Shown: positions 40,018 through 49,568 of the stretch, one piece after another
Numbering within the stretch: position 1 is the first letter of the stretch
How the letters are laid out: each line of letters starts with the position of its first letter
Origin: a bacterium
GTDB lineage: Bacteria > Chloroflexota > Dormibacteria > Aeolococcales > Aeolococcaceae
DNA length: 64,000 bases
Reading direction: 5' to 3'
Assembly (NCBI GenBank): GCA_014874355.1
Contig: JACWAJ010000066.1
Coordinates: 12,417-76,416 of the forward strand
Translations under genes and position numbers: made by a program
Notes under the pieces: generated by a model
What the model was told of the DNA's origin: nothing
The model's input: the letters and a program-made list of their open reading frames with translations, nothing else
Database searches by the model: none

Positions 40018-41741
40018 GTGGAGAAGGCTATCCCAACGGCTTCTGCGCGGCGGGTGAGGGTGGTGAGTAACGCGGGTGCACTGCCATCGGCATTCTCGAT
40101 CCAAGCCTGAACGCTGCCGCCACCCCCCACAGCGAGGTAGGCGATCTGACGTCCGTCGGGAGATACTGCAGCGCTGGCGAGATCGGAAGGAACCGGTCCG
40201 CCAGGCAGCACTACCAGCCCCCTGCCCAGCGTGAGGCGGGCCAGATGGGAGTCGCCGGCGTCCGGGCGTTTGGCAACCACCAGGGTTGCGTCGTCAGCGA
40301 ACCCAACTGGTGTCGCGTCGGCGTCGAGCAGCATGGGTGCCGCCGCGGAGCCTCCAAGTGAGACCACCCAAGTGCCGTCGAGGCGACTGTCCGCCGTGCT
40401 GTCGCGGCGTAATGCGAGGAGACGTCCATTGGGCGACAGCACTGGATTGGTGGCTGAGCCGGCGATTCCGGGAGCGGGGTAGCGTGCGGCGAGCGTAGGA
40501 CTTGCGAGATCGACGTGTGGGAGCTGTCCGGCGGCTGCGACGGGCAGCACGATCAAACTGCTGTCGGCATTCCAGACCGCCCCACCTACGAGAGGGTCGC
40601 CCGGGGGCAGGAGGATGGTGCTGCCATCGGAGTGATGGATGGCGATTCGCCCGGCTTGGCCGTAGGCGAGGTCGCCGCTGTGGGACCATGAGGGATAGCC
40701 GGCGCCGCTCACGTCGAAGGTATCACGGCCGGTGATGACATCGATGACGCGCAGTTTCTGTGGCACCGAGGCATCGAGGGGTTGCTGCACGACGGCAACA
40801 TAGCGGCCACCCGGGGACACTGCCACTGCGCCAAGCGCCACCTTCTCGGTGCTCACGTCGAGAACTCGAACTGTCCGGACAGGGTCGCCTTTTTGCGCAG
40901 GTGTCGTACTCATCATCAGCACCTCGGTGGCGGGGCCACCGTCGGGGCCGACCAGGACCGCCAGGTGGCGGCTGTTGCCCAACTGGCCGGTGGTGAAGTC
41001 AAAGTGGCGAGCCTGCGCCAGAGGCTGTCCGAAAGCGTCGACGGCGCGGGTCGAGACATTGAGGGTGTATGCGCGATTGGGGAGCAACATCTGATTGGGC
41101 AACAACACAAGACGGTTGAGGTAGAGGGTGTTGCGAACCACCTTCAAGTTCGCGACAGGTGGGGTTAGCGAGATCGCCCCGGCGGTGTTGGTGGCATCCA
41201 TCGGACGGTCGAACTCGACTGCGATCGGGGCATCGACGGCAATGCCGGTAGAGCCGTTGGTAGGGGTTGTGGCCGAGATCGTTGGGGCCGCTTGGGAGGT
41301 GAGATCCCAATGGTGGTCGAGGACGTTGACCACGCCCGCGGTGTCTCGCACGCCAGCGTCGATACTGAAACCGTACTTGGTGCTGGGGGCAAAGACGGCA
41401 CCGGGGTGTTTGAATACGAATCCGGGGCGATCTGTGAGCCATTCGACGCGACACGGTGCGTCCGCCCTGGCGCCAAAGGCAGCGTCGACGTCGCAATGGG
41501 CCAGTGCCGGACTGACGTGAAAGCGCCCACGGACTGAGTTTTGGTCCAGCGTGCGATTAAAGACGACGGTGATTGGCTGGTTGGCGGCTACAGAAGTCGA
41601 GCCCCGGTTGGGTTCGATCGAGATGATCTGAGGCGGGGCAGAGAAACACCCGGATAGCGTCGCCACCAATACTGCCGCGAAAGCCAGTTGCAAGGCTGTA
41701 CATCCGACAACCGAGGCTAAGGTTGTCGCTTTTCGTGTCAT
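40014..41741 (-). CDS. Lipoprotein with bacterial Ig-like domains and a C-terminal TolB-like beta-propeller
   Basis: Lipobox LSGCFS; repeated SbsA/Big-like ~90-aa segments; C-terminal repeats (SPDGRQIAY, SPNGRLLAL). Confidence 0.55.
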   Translation of the reverse strand: MTRKATTLASVVGCTALQLAFAAVLVATLSGCFSAPPQIISIEPNRGSTSVAANQPITVVFNRTLDQNSVRGRFHVSPALAHCDVDAAFGARADAPCRVEWLTDRPGFVFKHPGAVFAPSTKYGFSIDAGVRDTAGVVNVLDHHWDLTSQAAPTISATTPTNGSTGIAVDAPIAVEFDRPMDATNTAGAISLTPPVANLKVVRNTLYLNRLVLLPNQMLLPNRAYTLNVSTRAVDAFGQPLAQARHFDFTTGQLGNSRHLAVLVGPDGGPATEVLMMSTTPAQKGDPVRTVRVLDVSTEKVALGAVAVSPGGRYVAVVQQPLDASVPQKLRVIDVITGRDTFDVSGAGYPSWSHSGDLAYGQAGRIAIHHSDGSTILLPPGDPLVGGAVWNADSSLIVLPVAAAGQLPHVDLASPTLAARYPAPGIAGSATNPVLSPNGRLLALRRDSTADSRLDGTWVVSLGGSAAAPMLLDADATPVGFADDATLVVAKRPDAGDSHLARLTLGRGLVVLPGGPVPSDLASAAVSPDGRQIAYLAVGGGGSVQAWIENADGSAPALLTTLTRRAEAVGIAFST

Positions 41742-41761
41742 GCCACCTCTCGACCGCGCGA

Positions 41762-42991
41762 TTACAGTGGCTTGGCCAGCTCCAGGTCGACGTCGATCCT
41801 GTTGACGACTTCTGTGCCGCTGCGCACCTCGATATGCGAAGCACGTTCTGCCGCCAGCTTGCCGACCGTGGCCAGTTCTGTCTGCGGCTTGCGTGCCGTC
41901 TCGGTGTACGCGCCCAGCACCGCGCCATCGTGGAGCAGGATGACGCCCATCTCGGTGCTATGGGTGATCACAACTGACCCGGTGACCTTCTTTTCGGTCA
42001 GGTACTCGATGAGGGCATCGAAATTGACGAAGCGACCAAGCAACCCTTTGAACATCTGGGTTGCACCGAAGAGTTGTCCCAACGAGGCGACCAGGTCTCC
42101 GTTGATGTCCACCACGTCAAGGTGGCCGGCGCCGGCCTCCATCTGGTGCCGGACCAATTGGAACGCTTCCGCGCCCTGCGTGACGCGGCCTTCTGAGTCC
42201 GCCAGCGCTTCAATCAGTTCGCCTGCTTGAAAGACCAGCGTCCCCACGAAGCCTTCGCCCTTGAGGTAGACGTAGCCCGTGTGGTTGTCGCCCTTGAGGG
42301 TGCGTAGCAGCTTGGGAAAGTCGACGAACGCGCTCTTCAAGCCCTTGTAGGTTGTCTTGCCGTCGGGTAAGGGGTACATCGTTTCTAGGGCTGGCGATTC
42401 CGTAGCAGCAGGCTCTGGCGCCTTGGCCCACGAATCGTCAGGTTGGGTCTCGGGCGCGGCTTCCGTTTGCCAGGAAGCGTAGCTTGGAGCCTCAACAGCA
42501 CCACCCTGGTCGGTAGCCCAGTCGGCATACGGGGGGGTGACAGGGATGTCGACGGCCGCTACGGCCGGTTCGGGCGCGGGGTAGTCGACCGCCGCCTCGA
42601 TGGGAGCGGATTCCCAGGTGGTGGCTTCCGCCTCGGCCACCGCTTCGGGCTCGGTTGGCGGCGTCACCACCACCCCGCCGCGTTGCTCGGCGAGGGCGAT
42701 GAGGTCGGCCGGTGAAACCTTGATGGTTTCCTCGGCCGGGAGTTTGGCTCGCGGATCGAATTGGAAAACGCCTTCGGTGAAGGCAAGTGCGTTGACCACG
42801 ACCTCCTCACCCTGGTCGGTTGCGTCCGAAGCGTGGAAAAGGTGTCCGAAGAGGAAGTAGAGGGAGCACGTTGTGGAGCCGGTTTCCAGTGTGAGGGTAC
42901 CGGTGGCTCGCTCTGACTGCAGCGATTGAAGGAGCGATGCCAGGGGGACTTCTTGGAGCGAACCCTGAGTCTGCAAGGGGGGACTCCTCAT
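41762..42991 (-). CDS. DUF4388 (PatA-N/PATAN-like) domain protein with Pro/Glu/Ala-rich linker
   Basis: N-terminal LQEVPLASLLQSLQSERATGTLTL, a second DUF4388-like segment, and a C-terminal roadblock-like fold. Start at ATG 42991. Confidence 0.5.
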   Translation of the reverse strand: MRSPPLQTQGSLQEVPLASLLQSLQSERATGTLTLETGSTTCSLYFLFGHLFHASDATDQGEEVVVNALAFTEGVFQFDPRAKLPAEETIKVSPADLIALAEQRGGVVVTPPTEPEAVAEAEATTWESAPIEAAVDYPAPEPAVAAVDIPVTPPYADWATDQGGAVEAPSYASWQTEAAPETQPDDSWAKAPEPAATESPALETMYPLPDGKTTYKGLKSAFVDFPKLLRTLKGDNHTGYVYLKGEGFVGTLVFQAGELIEALADSEGRVTQGAEAFQLVRHQMEAGAGHLDVVDINGDLVASLGQLFGATQMFKGLLGRFVNFDALIEYLTEKKVTGSVVITHSTEMGVILLHDGAVLGAYTETARKPQTELATVGKLAAERASHIEVRSGTEVVNRIDVDLELAKPL

Positions 42992-43159
42992 ATGTGGGTG
43001 TCCGCGGCGGTGCCACGGCAACTTTGGAAAACTTGGCCGAGATGGCCCCTCAGAGAGGCCGTATAGTAGCAACGAAGCCCCTGCCATGCGTTGAGCGTTA
43101 CCTCCATCGCGTGGTTCGGCCGCTGGCGGTGGAGGGACGTAAGCCTTAGAGTCGGGCGC

Positions 43160-43813
43160 GTGACCGAGCATTCCGAGCCGAACGGCGAAGCAGCACCAGA
43201 CGACATCCGGCAGCTACCCACCTACGAGGAGTTCGCATCGAACTTGCTGGAGTCGCTCGACGCCGCAGCCCTGTTGCTTGAGGACGTGCGCCATGAGTAC
43301 GAACCAGGGATCGGGGAACGTCGCTTCGAGTGCACCGTGCGCCTCCCCTCGCCAGAGCCGATGTCTCGTTATCACGTGCATGTGGGGTTCGCGTGGGATG
43401 CGCTGCTGACGTATCTGGGCGCCTACGGTCCGGGCGCGGACTGCGAGGCCTATCACGACGACTCCGAAGCCGCGGATTGTCCCCACCAGCATCTCCCTCC
43501 CCAGGCACTCGTTGAAGTGGAAGCGGAGTTCATCCTGGGCGATGGCGGGTACGAGTTGCAAGAACTTGGCGAACTCTCGACCTGGGTCGAAACCGCCCAG
43601 CGCGTGCTGAGCAAGGCGTTTCCGGGAGACGACAAGCCATCCGTGCATGTGGGTCTTGCGGCGCTGGTCAACACCGTACTGGTCGAGAACTTCACAGCTG
43701 AGCACTCGTGGCTGATCGACTTCGAGAACCAGCCCGAACTGCGGGGGATCGGAGAGCAGATCCAGGCCGCGCTGAAGATCATTCCGGCACTGGCGGATCG
43801 TTTGCCTATTTAA
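43160..43813 (+). CDS. Hypothetical protein
   Basis: 217-aa ORF with no recognisable motif; GTG start chosen. Confidence 0.35.
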   Translation: MTEHSEPNGEAAPDDIRQLPTYEEFASNLLESLDAAALLLEDVRHEYEPGIGERRFECTVRLPSPEPMSRYHVHVGFAWDALLTYLGAYGPGADCEAYHDDSEAADCPHQHLPPQALVEVEAEFILGDGGYELQELGELSTWVETAQRVLSKAFPGDDKPSVHVGLAALVNTVLVENFTAEHSWLIDFENQPELRGIGEQIQAALKIIPALADRLPI

Positions 43814-43892
43814 ACGGGGAGGGCCACCCTCCCGCGGCGCCCCTCGTGCACCGGCTCGCATACGCTCGCTTTCACGGGGAGGGCCACCCTCC
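43814..43892. terminator. Two copies of a 19-nt hairpin-forming repeat (ACGGGGAGGGCCACCCTCC), 60 bp apart, each directly after the stop of one of two convergent genes
   Basis: Copies at 43814 and 43874; GGGAGGG/CCCTCCC stem. Confidence 0.5.
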
Positions 43893-44606
43893 TCTGATCC
43901 TGGCGGCCGGTTCCAGGGGGTCGACGCCGTCTTCCCTGTAGCGCGCGCAGCGTTGCGTAGCCAACGCCACGGCCTGGGGGGCTATGTCGGCTCCGATAAA
44001 AGAGCACTGGTGCCGCAGTGCGGCGATGGCGGCTGAACCGCTACCTACGAACGGGTCACACACTGTCATGCCCGCCTCAACGCTGCCCTCTAGCATGCGC
44101 GTAAAGAGTGCGACGGGCTTCTGGGTGGGGTAGGCGCCGCGGTGGACCCGCTTGATGGCCCAGACGTCGGGCAGGTCTCGGCGGCTCAACTTGCGGCGGC
44201 CCTTGCTGGCGAAGACGACCAGTTCGTGACGGCGCCGGAAGTAGTGTCCCATTCCCAGGTTGACCTTGTCCCACACGATGACGTTCTTGACCTCGAACAC
44301 CTCACGCAGGAGCGCTCCCAGTGTAAGCAACGAGAAACTGTCGAACATGACATAAACATGCCGGTCGTCACGGAGAACTCGATGGCATTCTCGCAAGAAT
44401 GCCAGGAATGTTTCCGGGTCGTCGTGGAACTCACGGAACCACCGCTCGTTGTTGGGGTCCTGGTAGCGACCGACTATGCGGCCGTGGCCGAACCCCATAT
44501 GCTGATTCATGCCGGAATACGCCGGATCGGTGGTGATTACGTCGACGCTGGCGTCGGGCAGAGAACTCAGGAACGTCAGGCAGTCGACTTGCTCGATACG
44601 GACCAC
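43872..44606 (-). CDS. Beta-class amino-DNA methyltransferase (N6-adenine or N4-cytosine)
   Basis: Motif IV-like TDPAY and motif I DPFVGSGS in beta-class order. GTG start just after the stop of the upstream small ORF. Confidence 0.75.
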   Translation of the reverse strand: MVRIEQVDCLTFLSSLPDASVDVITTDPAYSGMNQHMGFGHGRIVGRYQDPNNERWFREFHDDPETFLAFLRECHRVLRDDRHVYVMFDSFSLLTLGALLREVFEVKNVIVWDKVNLGMGHYFRRRHELVVFASKGRRKLSRRDLPDVWAIKRVHRGAYPTQKPVALFTRMLEGSVEAGMTVCDPFVGSGSAAIAALRHQCSFIGADIAPQAVALATQRCARYREDGVDPLEPAARIRGGWPSP

Positions 44607-44610
44607 GGAA

Positions 44611-45030
44611 CTAAGCGTCGGAGGTGGGGGTGTCACCGTGATCGTCGGGAGACTCTGGCCCGCCGGGGCCGAACAGACCCATGCCGCGAAGTAGGTTGGT
44701 GAGTGCCTCGGGACCGCCGACGTCATCCTGGATGCGATCGAACACTCGCGCCATGAGTTCTTGGAGTTGGGGGTCGCCGGCAAGTTTCTCTTGTAGGCCG
44801 CCCATCTGCGACATGAGATCTTTGATGGCGGCCTCCTGGGCCACCTGCATCAATACAGGCTGGGATGCCGCCGCGATAACCATCTGCGCCTGCTGGCGTA
44901 GCATTTCGAACCCCTGACAGGCGATACATGTCCCTTCGTGGCGGCAGCGGCAGAGTTTTGTCTTGAGGCTATCGATCTCGCGGTGGAGACCGGAGAGGTC
45001 AACGCCACTGTTGCCGGGATCTTCGTCCAT
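44611..45030 (-). CDS. Hypothetical small protein with Cys cluster (CRCRH…CIACQGF, putative Zn ribbon)
   Basis: 139-aa ORF co-directional with, and abutting, the methyltransferase gene. Confidence 0.4.
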   Translation of the reverse strand: MDEDPGNSGVDLSGLHREIDSLKTKLCRCRHEGTCIACQGFEMLRQQAQMVIAAASQPVLMQVAQEAAIKDLMSQMGGLQEKLAGDPQLQELMARVFDRIQDDVGGPEALTNLLRGMGLFGPGGPESPDDHGDTPTSDA

Positions 45031-45251
45031 GTGTAGATCGTACCCGTGGAACGCAAGTTACAGTCTCCCGGGTCGGGGGGCCGTGCCACCGATGTGCCAC
45101 GGCATGGTGATAGGCTATAGTTCAGATCGACGGGAGCCCCAGGGCCGCGCTTAGGTTTGGGTGATCCGAAGCCTCGGTAAGTTCCGCGCTTTTGAGCCGT
45201 TCCAAAGTGCGTGCCCCAGCATCCCGGCATTGTTGATAAGGCGTTCGGCGG

Positions 45252-47963
45252 TTGGTTCCGCCGCGCCACGAGGTTGCATCCAAGCTGATAGCCCCGGACC
45301 TCGCGCTCGACCGGCTGCATCTCATCGTGCCCGATGACAGTGACGCCATGGTCGTGCTCACCACCCTCGCCGACGGGTCTGCTGAAACCAAGGATCCGCG
45401 TGCTGTTTTTGCCGCGCGCCTTGGAGAGGTCGGCCATCTCACCGCGTCGTTCAACGACGAGGACACTCCCCAGATCCTGCTTTTGCTACCCGATCTGACG
45501 TTGCAGTGCGTTCCGATGCCGGCGCCCGAGCAGGGACGTGACCATCTGGGGCTGCGCGTTGTGGCTATTCGCCCGGCGGTCAATCACCCAGACGGAGCCA
45601 AGCTGCTAACCGTCACCGCCGAGGAAGCGGTCGTCACCGCCGGCAACAGCGTTCAGAGCGACACATTCCGGCTACTCGACTGGAGAACCGCGTCGAGAAT
45701 GGCCGCCGGGTCAAGCGAACTTTATGCGGCTCTCAAGCTGGTGGACTCGCTGGAGACTGCCGAGAAGAGCCGGGCTGCGACGCAGCGTACGCGATTCTCT
45801 GGTGCGCGTGAGTTCTGGCGATGCAAGGCATGTCGGGCGCTGTGGCGCCCCGCCGATCACGAGCACTGCCCTTCCTGCGGTCGCGTATTTGGCGAGACGG
45901 ATTGGCGTCTTCACGAGGTTGGCAAGGTCGAGTTCTCCATCCCCGATAACGAAAAGATAACCCTCACCCCGGATGCCGCAGTTCTCGTGGAACCCGAGGA
46001 CGAGGTCAACTTCGTGGGCAGGGTTTCGCGAATCGACATCAAACGTGGCATTGTCGAGGTCACATGCAAGACCCGTGACGCGGTCGGCACCGAGGGCAGT
46101 ATCACCCCGTCGTTCAACCGGGCCCTCTACCAGGCCAAGCGTTCGGTCCTGGCGGCCATTGCCACCAAGGACTTCGGCGTGGGTCTGCTCGCGCAACTCA
46201 TGGCATGTCCCGACACCGTTTCGGTGCCGGAGTACGTGCCTGAAACCGGCGACGATTCGTGGCTCACGAGCGGGATGATCGCCAATCCCCCACAGGATCG
46301 AGCCGTAAGCATCGTCTCGAACCTGCGCGCCGGACAGGCCGCGTTTATCCAAGGTCCGCCGGGTACCGGCAAGACCACCGTCATTGTCGAGGCGATCAAG
46401 CGCCGTCTGGCAAAGAATCCTGAGGACCGCATTCTTGTCACCTCGCACTCCAATCTTGCCGTGGACAATGCATTGGAGCGGCTCGCCGGCACCCCTGGAA
46501 TGCGCGCCGTACGGGTTGCCCGGGCTGAGCGCGTTCACGCCGCGGTGGACCAGTTCCGCTGCGATGACGAAGACGACCCACGGTTGGTAACCGCCAACTG
46601 CTACTTCGCCACCTGCGCCACCGCGGCCACGTCGGCAATCACCGACATGAACTTCGAATTGGTGATCCTCGACGAGGCCAACAAGGCTCGCGTCGACGAG
46701 GCGCTACCGGCGTTGCGGTTGGGCCGGGCCCTGGCCCTGGTGGGTGACCACAGACAGCTGCCTCCGGTCGAGGACGACGCCCTGTATGGCATCGTGGAGA
46801 GCGATCCCGCACTAGAGGAACTGGTCAACCGATCTCTCTTCGAGCAGGCTTGGGAGGGAGGACTGCCGGAACAGGCACGCTGCTTGCTCACCATCCAGCA
46901 CCGCATGCATCCGCAGATTTCGTCCTACGTAAGCCGGGCGTCGTATGGGGGCCAGCTCGTCGATGCCGCCGAGGTGGAGGCCTACGATTTTGTGACGCGG
47001 GTACCTTTCCCCGTGGCCCTCCACTTCGTCGACACGGAGGGGATGCGGGGTGGACGCGAGCGTCGCGGTCCGGGTGGCGCACTGCGAAACGAGACGGAGG
47101 TTCGCGTCGCAGCCCAGGTGGTACGGCTGCTGGACGAGCGGGCCCCCAAGGAAATGACCATGGCGGTCATCGCCATGTATGCCGAGCAGGTCGAGCGCCT
47201 GCGTCAAGCTCTGGGGCGGCGGCGGTTCAAGCGGTCGGTCAAGATCGACACGGTCGATTCTTTCGAAGGCCGCGAAGAGGACATCGTGGTCATCTCCCTG
47301 GTGCGGTCCAACGAGCGTGGCCGGATCGGATTCCTTCGGGTTCCCAACCGGCTCAACGTCGCGATCTCGCGCGCCAAACGTCTGGTGGCTTGCATCGGCG
47401 ACAGTGCGACACTGCGCTCCGGCGAGGAATCGATGTACGGCGTGCTGGTCGAGGCGGCACGCCAGTACGGAGGGTGGTTGCCAGCACAGAGTCTGGTTCA
47501 ACCCAAGCGTCGGCGTGGTCAGGGACCGCCAAGAGAGGGGGTCGCCGCGGAGGGAGAGGTGCTCACGGACGGCGAAGCGCTTGCCAAGAAGCGCCGTCGC
47601 CGTCGGGGCCGTGGCGGGGCTCGCCCTCCGGTTGCCCCGCAGCTCGACGACAACGGCAACCCGATCCCCGAGGCCGTTCCAGCGCCTCAGCCGGTGCAGT
47701 TGGGCCCGGACGGCCAGCCGATCCCGCGCCGTCGTCGCCGCCGCCGTCGCCGTCGCCGTCAGGCTCCGGAGATCGGAGCCGCGGGTGAGGTGGCTGAGGT
47801 TGGGCCCAACGTGGTGCCGTCGCCCGGCGCTGACGTACACCACTTCGCTCCCTTGGAGAGCATCAGCAGCTACGTGCCGCGGCGGCGCCCGGGGTGGATC
47901 GAACGTGGACCGAAAGACAACGCCGAGCCGGTTGACGCTTCACAGGCAACAGCCGGAGAGTAG
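45252..47963 (+). CDS. SF1 Upf1/DNA2-like helicase with ~330-aa N-terminal domain containing a Zn ribbon and a C-terminal poly-Arg disordered tail
   Basis: Walker A GPPGTGKTT, motif II VILDEANKA, III VGDHRQLPPV, V/VI VDSFEGREEDIVVISLVRSN…ISRAKR. CxxC…CxxC (CKACRALWRPADHEHCPSC). Tail PRRRRRRRRRRRQ. Start uncertain (TTG 45252 or ATG 45345). Confidence 0.85.
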   Translation: MVPPRHEVASKLIAPDLALDRLHLIVPDDSDAMVVLTTLADGSAETKDPRAVFAARLGEVGHLTASFNDEDTPQILLLLPDLTLQCVPMPAPEQGRDHLGLRVVAIRPAVNHPDGAKLLTVTAEEAVVTAGNSVQSDTFRLLDWRTASRMAAGSSELYAALKLVDSLETAEKSRAATQRTRFSGAREFWRCKACRALWRPADHEHCPSCGRVFGETDWRLHEVGKVEFSIPDNEKITLTPDAAVLVEPEDEVNFVGRVSRIDIKRGIVEVTCKTRDAVGTEGSITPSFNRALYQAKRSVLAAIATKDFGVGLLAQLMACPDTVSVPEYVPETGDDSWLTSGMIANPPQDRAVSIVSNLRAGQAAFIQGPPGTGKTTVIVEAIKRRLAKNPEDRILVTSHSNLAVDNALERLAGTPGMRAVRVARAERVHAAVDQFRCDDEDDPRLVTANCYFATCATAATSAITDMNFELVILDEANKARVDEALPALRLGRALALVGDHRQLPPVEDDALYGIVESDPALEELVNRSLFEQAWEGGLPEQARCLLTIQHRMHPQISSYVSRASYGGQLVDAAEVEAYDFVTRVPFPVALHFVDTEGMRGGRERRGPGGALRNETEVRVAAQVVRLLDERAPKEMTMAVIAMYAEQVERLRQALGRRRFKRSVKIDTVDSFEGREEDIVVISLVRSNERGRIGFLRVPNRLNVAISRAKRLVACIGDSATLRSGEESMYGVLVEAARQYGGWLPAQSLVQPKRRRGQGPPREGVAAEGEVLTDGEALAKKRRRRRGRGGARPPVAPQLDDNGNPIPEAVPAPQPVQLGPDGQPIPRRRRRRRRRRRQAPEIGAAGEVAEVGPNVVPSPGADVHHFAPLESISSYVPRRRPGWIERGPKDNAEPVDASQATAGE

Positions 47964-48009
47964 GCGGAAGCCGACCCCGGGCACCAGATGGCCTCTCTCA
48001 GCCGACGGC

Positions 48010-48264
48010 TTACCAGCCGGGTGGTGGCTCGGTGCGGTTGAGGAGGCGGATGAAGTCTTCGGCGCGGGCCACCGCTTCCCAGCGGCGGGCGAAGAAGTCC
48101 TGACAGATCATTCGCTTGTCGGCGAGCGCGGTCACAGTAACGGCCCACTGGTTGAGGGCCTTGGCGACCTCCACCTCGTGGGTCTGGGTTTCGTTACGCA
48201 AGACCATCCCGCTCGGCGCGGAGCGGCGGGTGCGATCATCTCTGCGCGGCGATGCCGGGGCCAT
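48010..48264 (-). CDS. Hypothetical small protein (weak)
   Basis: 84-aa ORF in the ~400-bp gap between the helicase and the EAL gene. Confidence 0.2.
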   Translation of the reverse strand: MAPASPRRDDRTRRSAPSGMVLRNETQTHEVEVAKALNQWAVTVTALADKRMICQDFFARRWEAVARAEDFIRLLNRTEPPPGW

Positions 48265-48419
48265 TGTGATACCTCAGCTCCCATGGATCCTCTCGCCGGC
48301 GAGTTGGGGGTACTGACCGAGAGAGGGCGAATCGGGGCCATTCTAACGCAAATCCGTTTGCCGTCCTCAAAGGGTTGACGGGAGGAGCGTGTCGGTGGCA
48401 GTACTATCAAGGTGTCCGT

Positions 48420-49568
48420 ATGGCAGCAGCCAGGCTAGATAGGCAGAGGCATGGCATGGCAAAGCCCCAAGCACGTTCTAAGACGCCAAGACGTGGTGGC
48501 TTGCCGCCGACGTGGCGGATTTGGTTAGGCACGGGGTTGTTGCTGGTGGCGGCCGCTCTGGTATGGGGTTGCGCCGTTGCGGTGGTGCCGTGGCAAAACC
48601 CCTTGGAACTCGTCCTCATCCTGCTTCCGGTGGCCGCTGTGGTGCTGCTCTACCACGCATACTCTCGTGAGCGGGGCCGCCGCGAGTCCGCCGAGAGGCT
48701 CAAGAGTGAACCTGGCACCTACGGTGTCACGGCGTCCCGTCAGCAGTTGCGCGGTGACATGGAGCGAGCCGTGAAGCGCGGTCAGTTCGTGTCCCATTAC
48801 CAACCGGTGGTGGACCTTCGTGACGGTCGCATCGTGGGCGTCGAAGCCTTGTTGCGCTGGCGACATCCCGAGCGCGGACTCATCGGACCTGACGAGTTCG
48901 TTCCCATCGCCGAGGAGTCCGGGCTGATCGTTCCTCTCGGTGAGTTCGTACTTCGTGAGGCGTGTAGCCAAGTTTCCACCTGGCAGCGGCTCTATCCCGG
49001 CGTGTCGGATTTCTTCGTGAGCGTCAATATTTCGGCGCGGCAACTCCAGCAAGAACTCTTTGTCGAGACGGTGATGAATTGCCTTGGCTCGACTGGAGCC
49101 AAACCCACATCACTCGTGCTCGAGCTCACCGAGTCGATGCTGTTCGAGCCGAGTAGTCCTTTGCTGGGCAAGCTTGAGGCCCTGCGTCGCCAGGGCATTC
49201 GGATCGCCATTGACGACTACGGCACCGGATACTCGTCGCTGAGTTACCTGCGCAACTTGCCGGTCGACATCCTCAAGGTTGCCAAGCCATTTGTTGACGA
49301 TCTGGCTGAAGATGCCGCTCGCGGGGATTTCGCTCGCGTGATCGTGACCCTGGGCCATTCACTGGGGCTGGAGATGGTGGCCGAAGGCATTGAGAAGCCC
49401 ATTCAGGCATCTCAACTCGGCCTCATGGGATGCACCCTCGGCCAGGGATTCCTGTATTGCCACCCGGTGGGGCCGGCCGAGATCGGCGAACTGCTGGAGC
49501 GGGGCGGTTTCATTCCTGAGCGTGGCGATGAAGGCGTAAAACGCGGCCAGGTCATAAGTTTGCGTTAG
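48420..49568 (+). CDS. Membrane-anchored EAL-domain c-di-GMP phosphodiesterase
   Basis: Two TM helices, then EAL signature (…GVEALLRW, ELTES, DDYGTGYSSLSYL…). No GGDEF domain. Confidence 0.85.
   Translation: MAAARLDRQRHGMAKPQARSKTPRRGGLPPTWRIWLGTGLLLVAAALVWGCAVAVVPWQNPLELVLILLPVAAVVLLYHAYSRERGRRESAERLKSEPGTYGVTASRQQLRGDMERAVKRGQFVSHYQPVVDLRDGRIVGVEALLRWRHPERGLIGPDEFVPIAEESGLIVPLGEFVLREACSQVSTWQRLYPGVSDFFVSVNISARQLQQELFVETVMNCLGSTGAKPTSLVLELTESMLFEPSSPLLGKLEALRRQGIRIAIDDYGTGYSSLSYLRNLPVDILKVAKPFVDDLAEDAARGDFARVIVTLGHSLGLEMVAEGIEKPIQASQLGLMGCTLGQGFLYCHPVGPAEIGELLERGGFIPERGDEGVKRGQVISLR

Noticed and set aside
43814-43892. Considered whether the duplicated 19-mer is a CRISPR-like or REP array
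   Set aside because: Only two copies, each positioned exactly at the stop codon of one of two convergent genes. Best explained as paired terminator hairpins.
46812-47843. 343-aa minus-strand ORF
   Set aside because: Antisense to the SF1 helicase motif region. Arg/Pro-rich composition.
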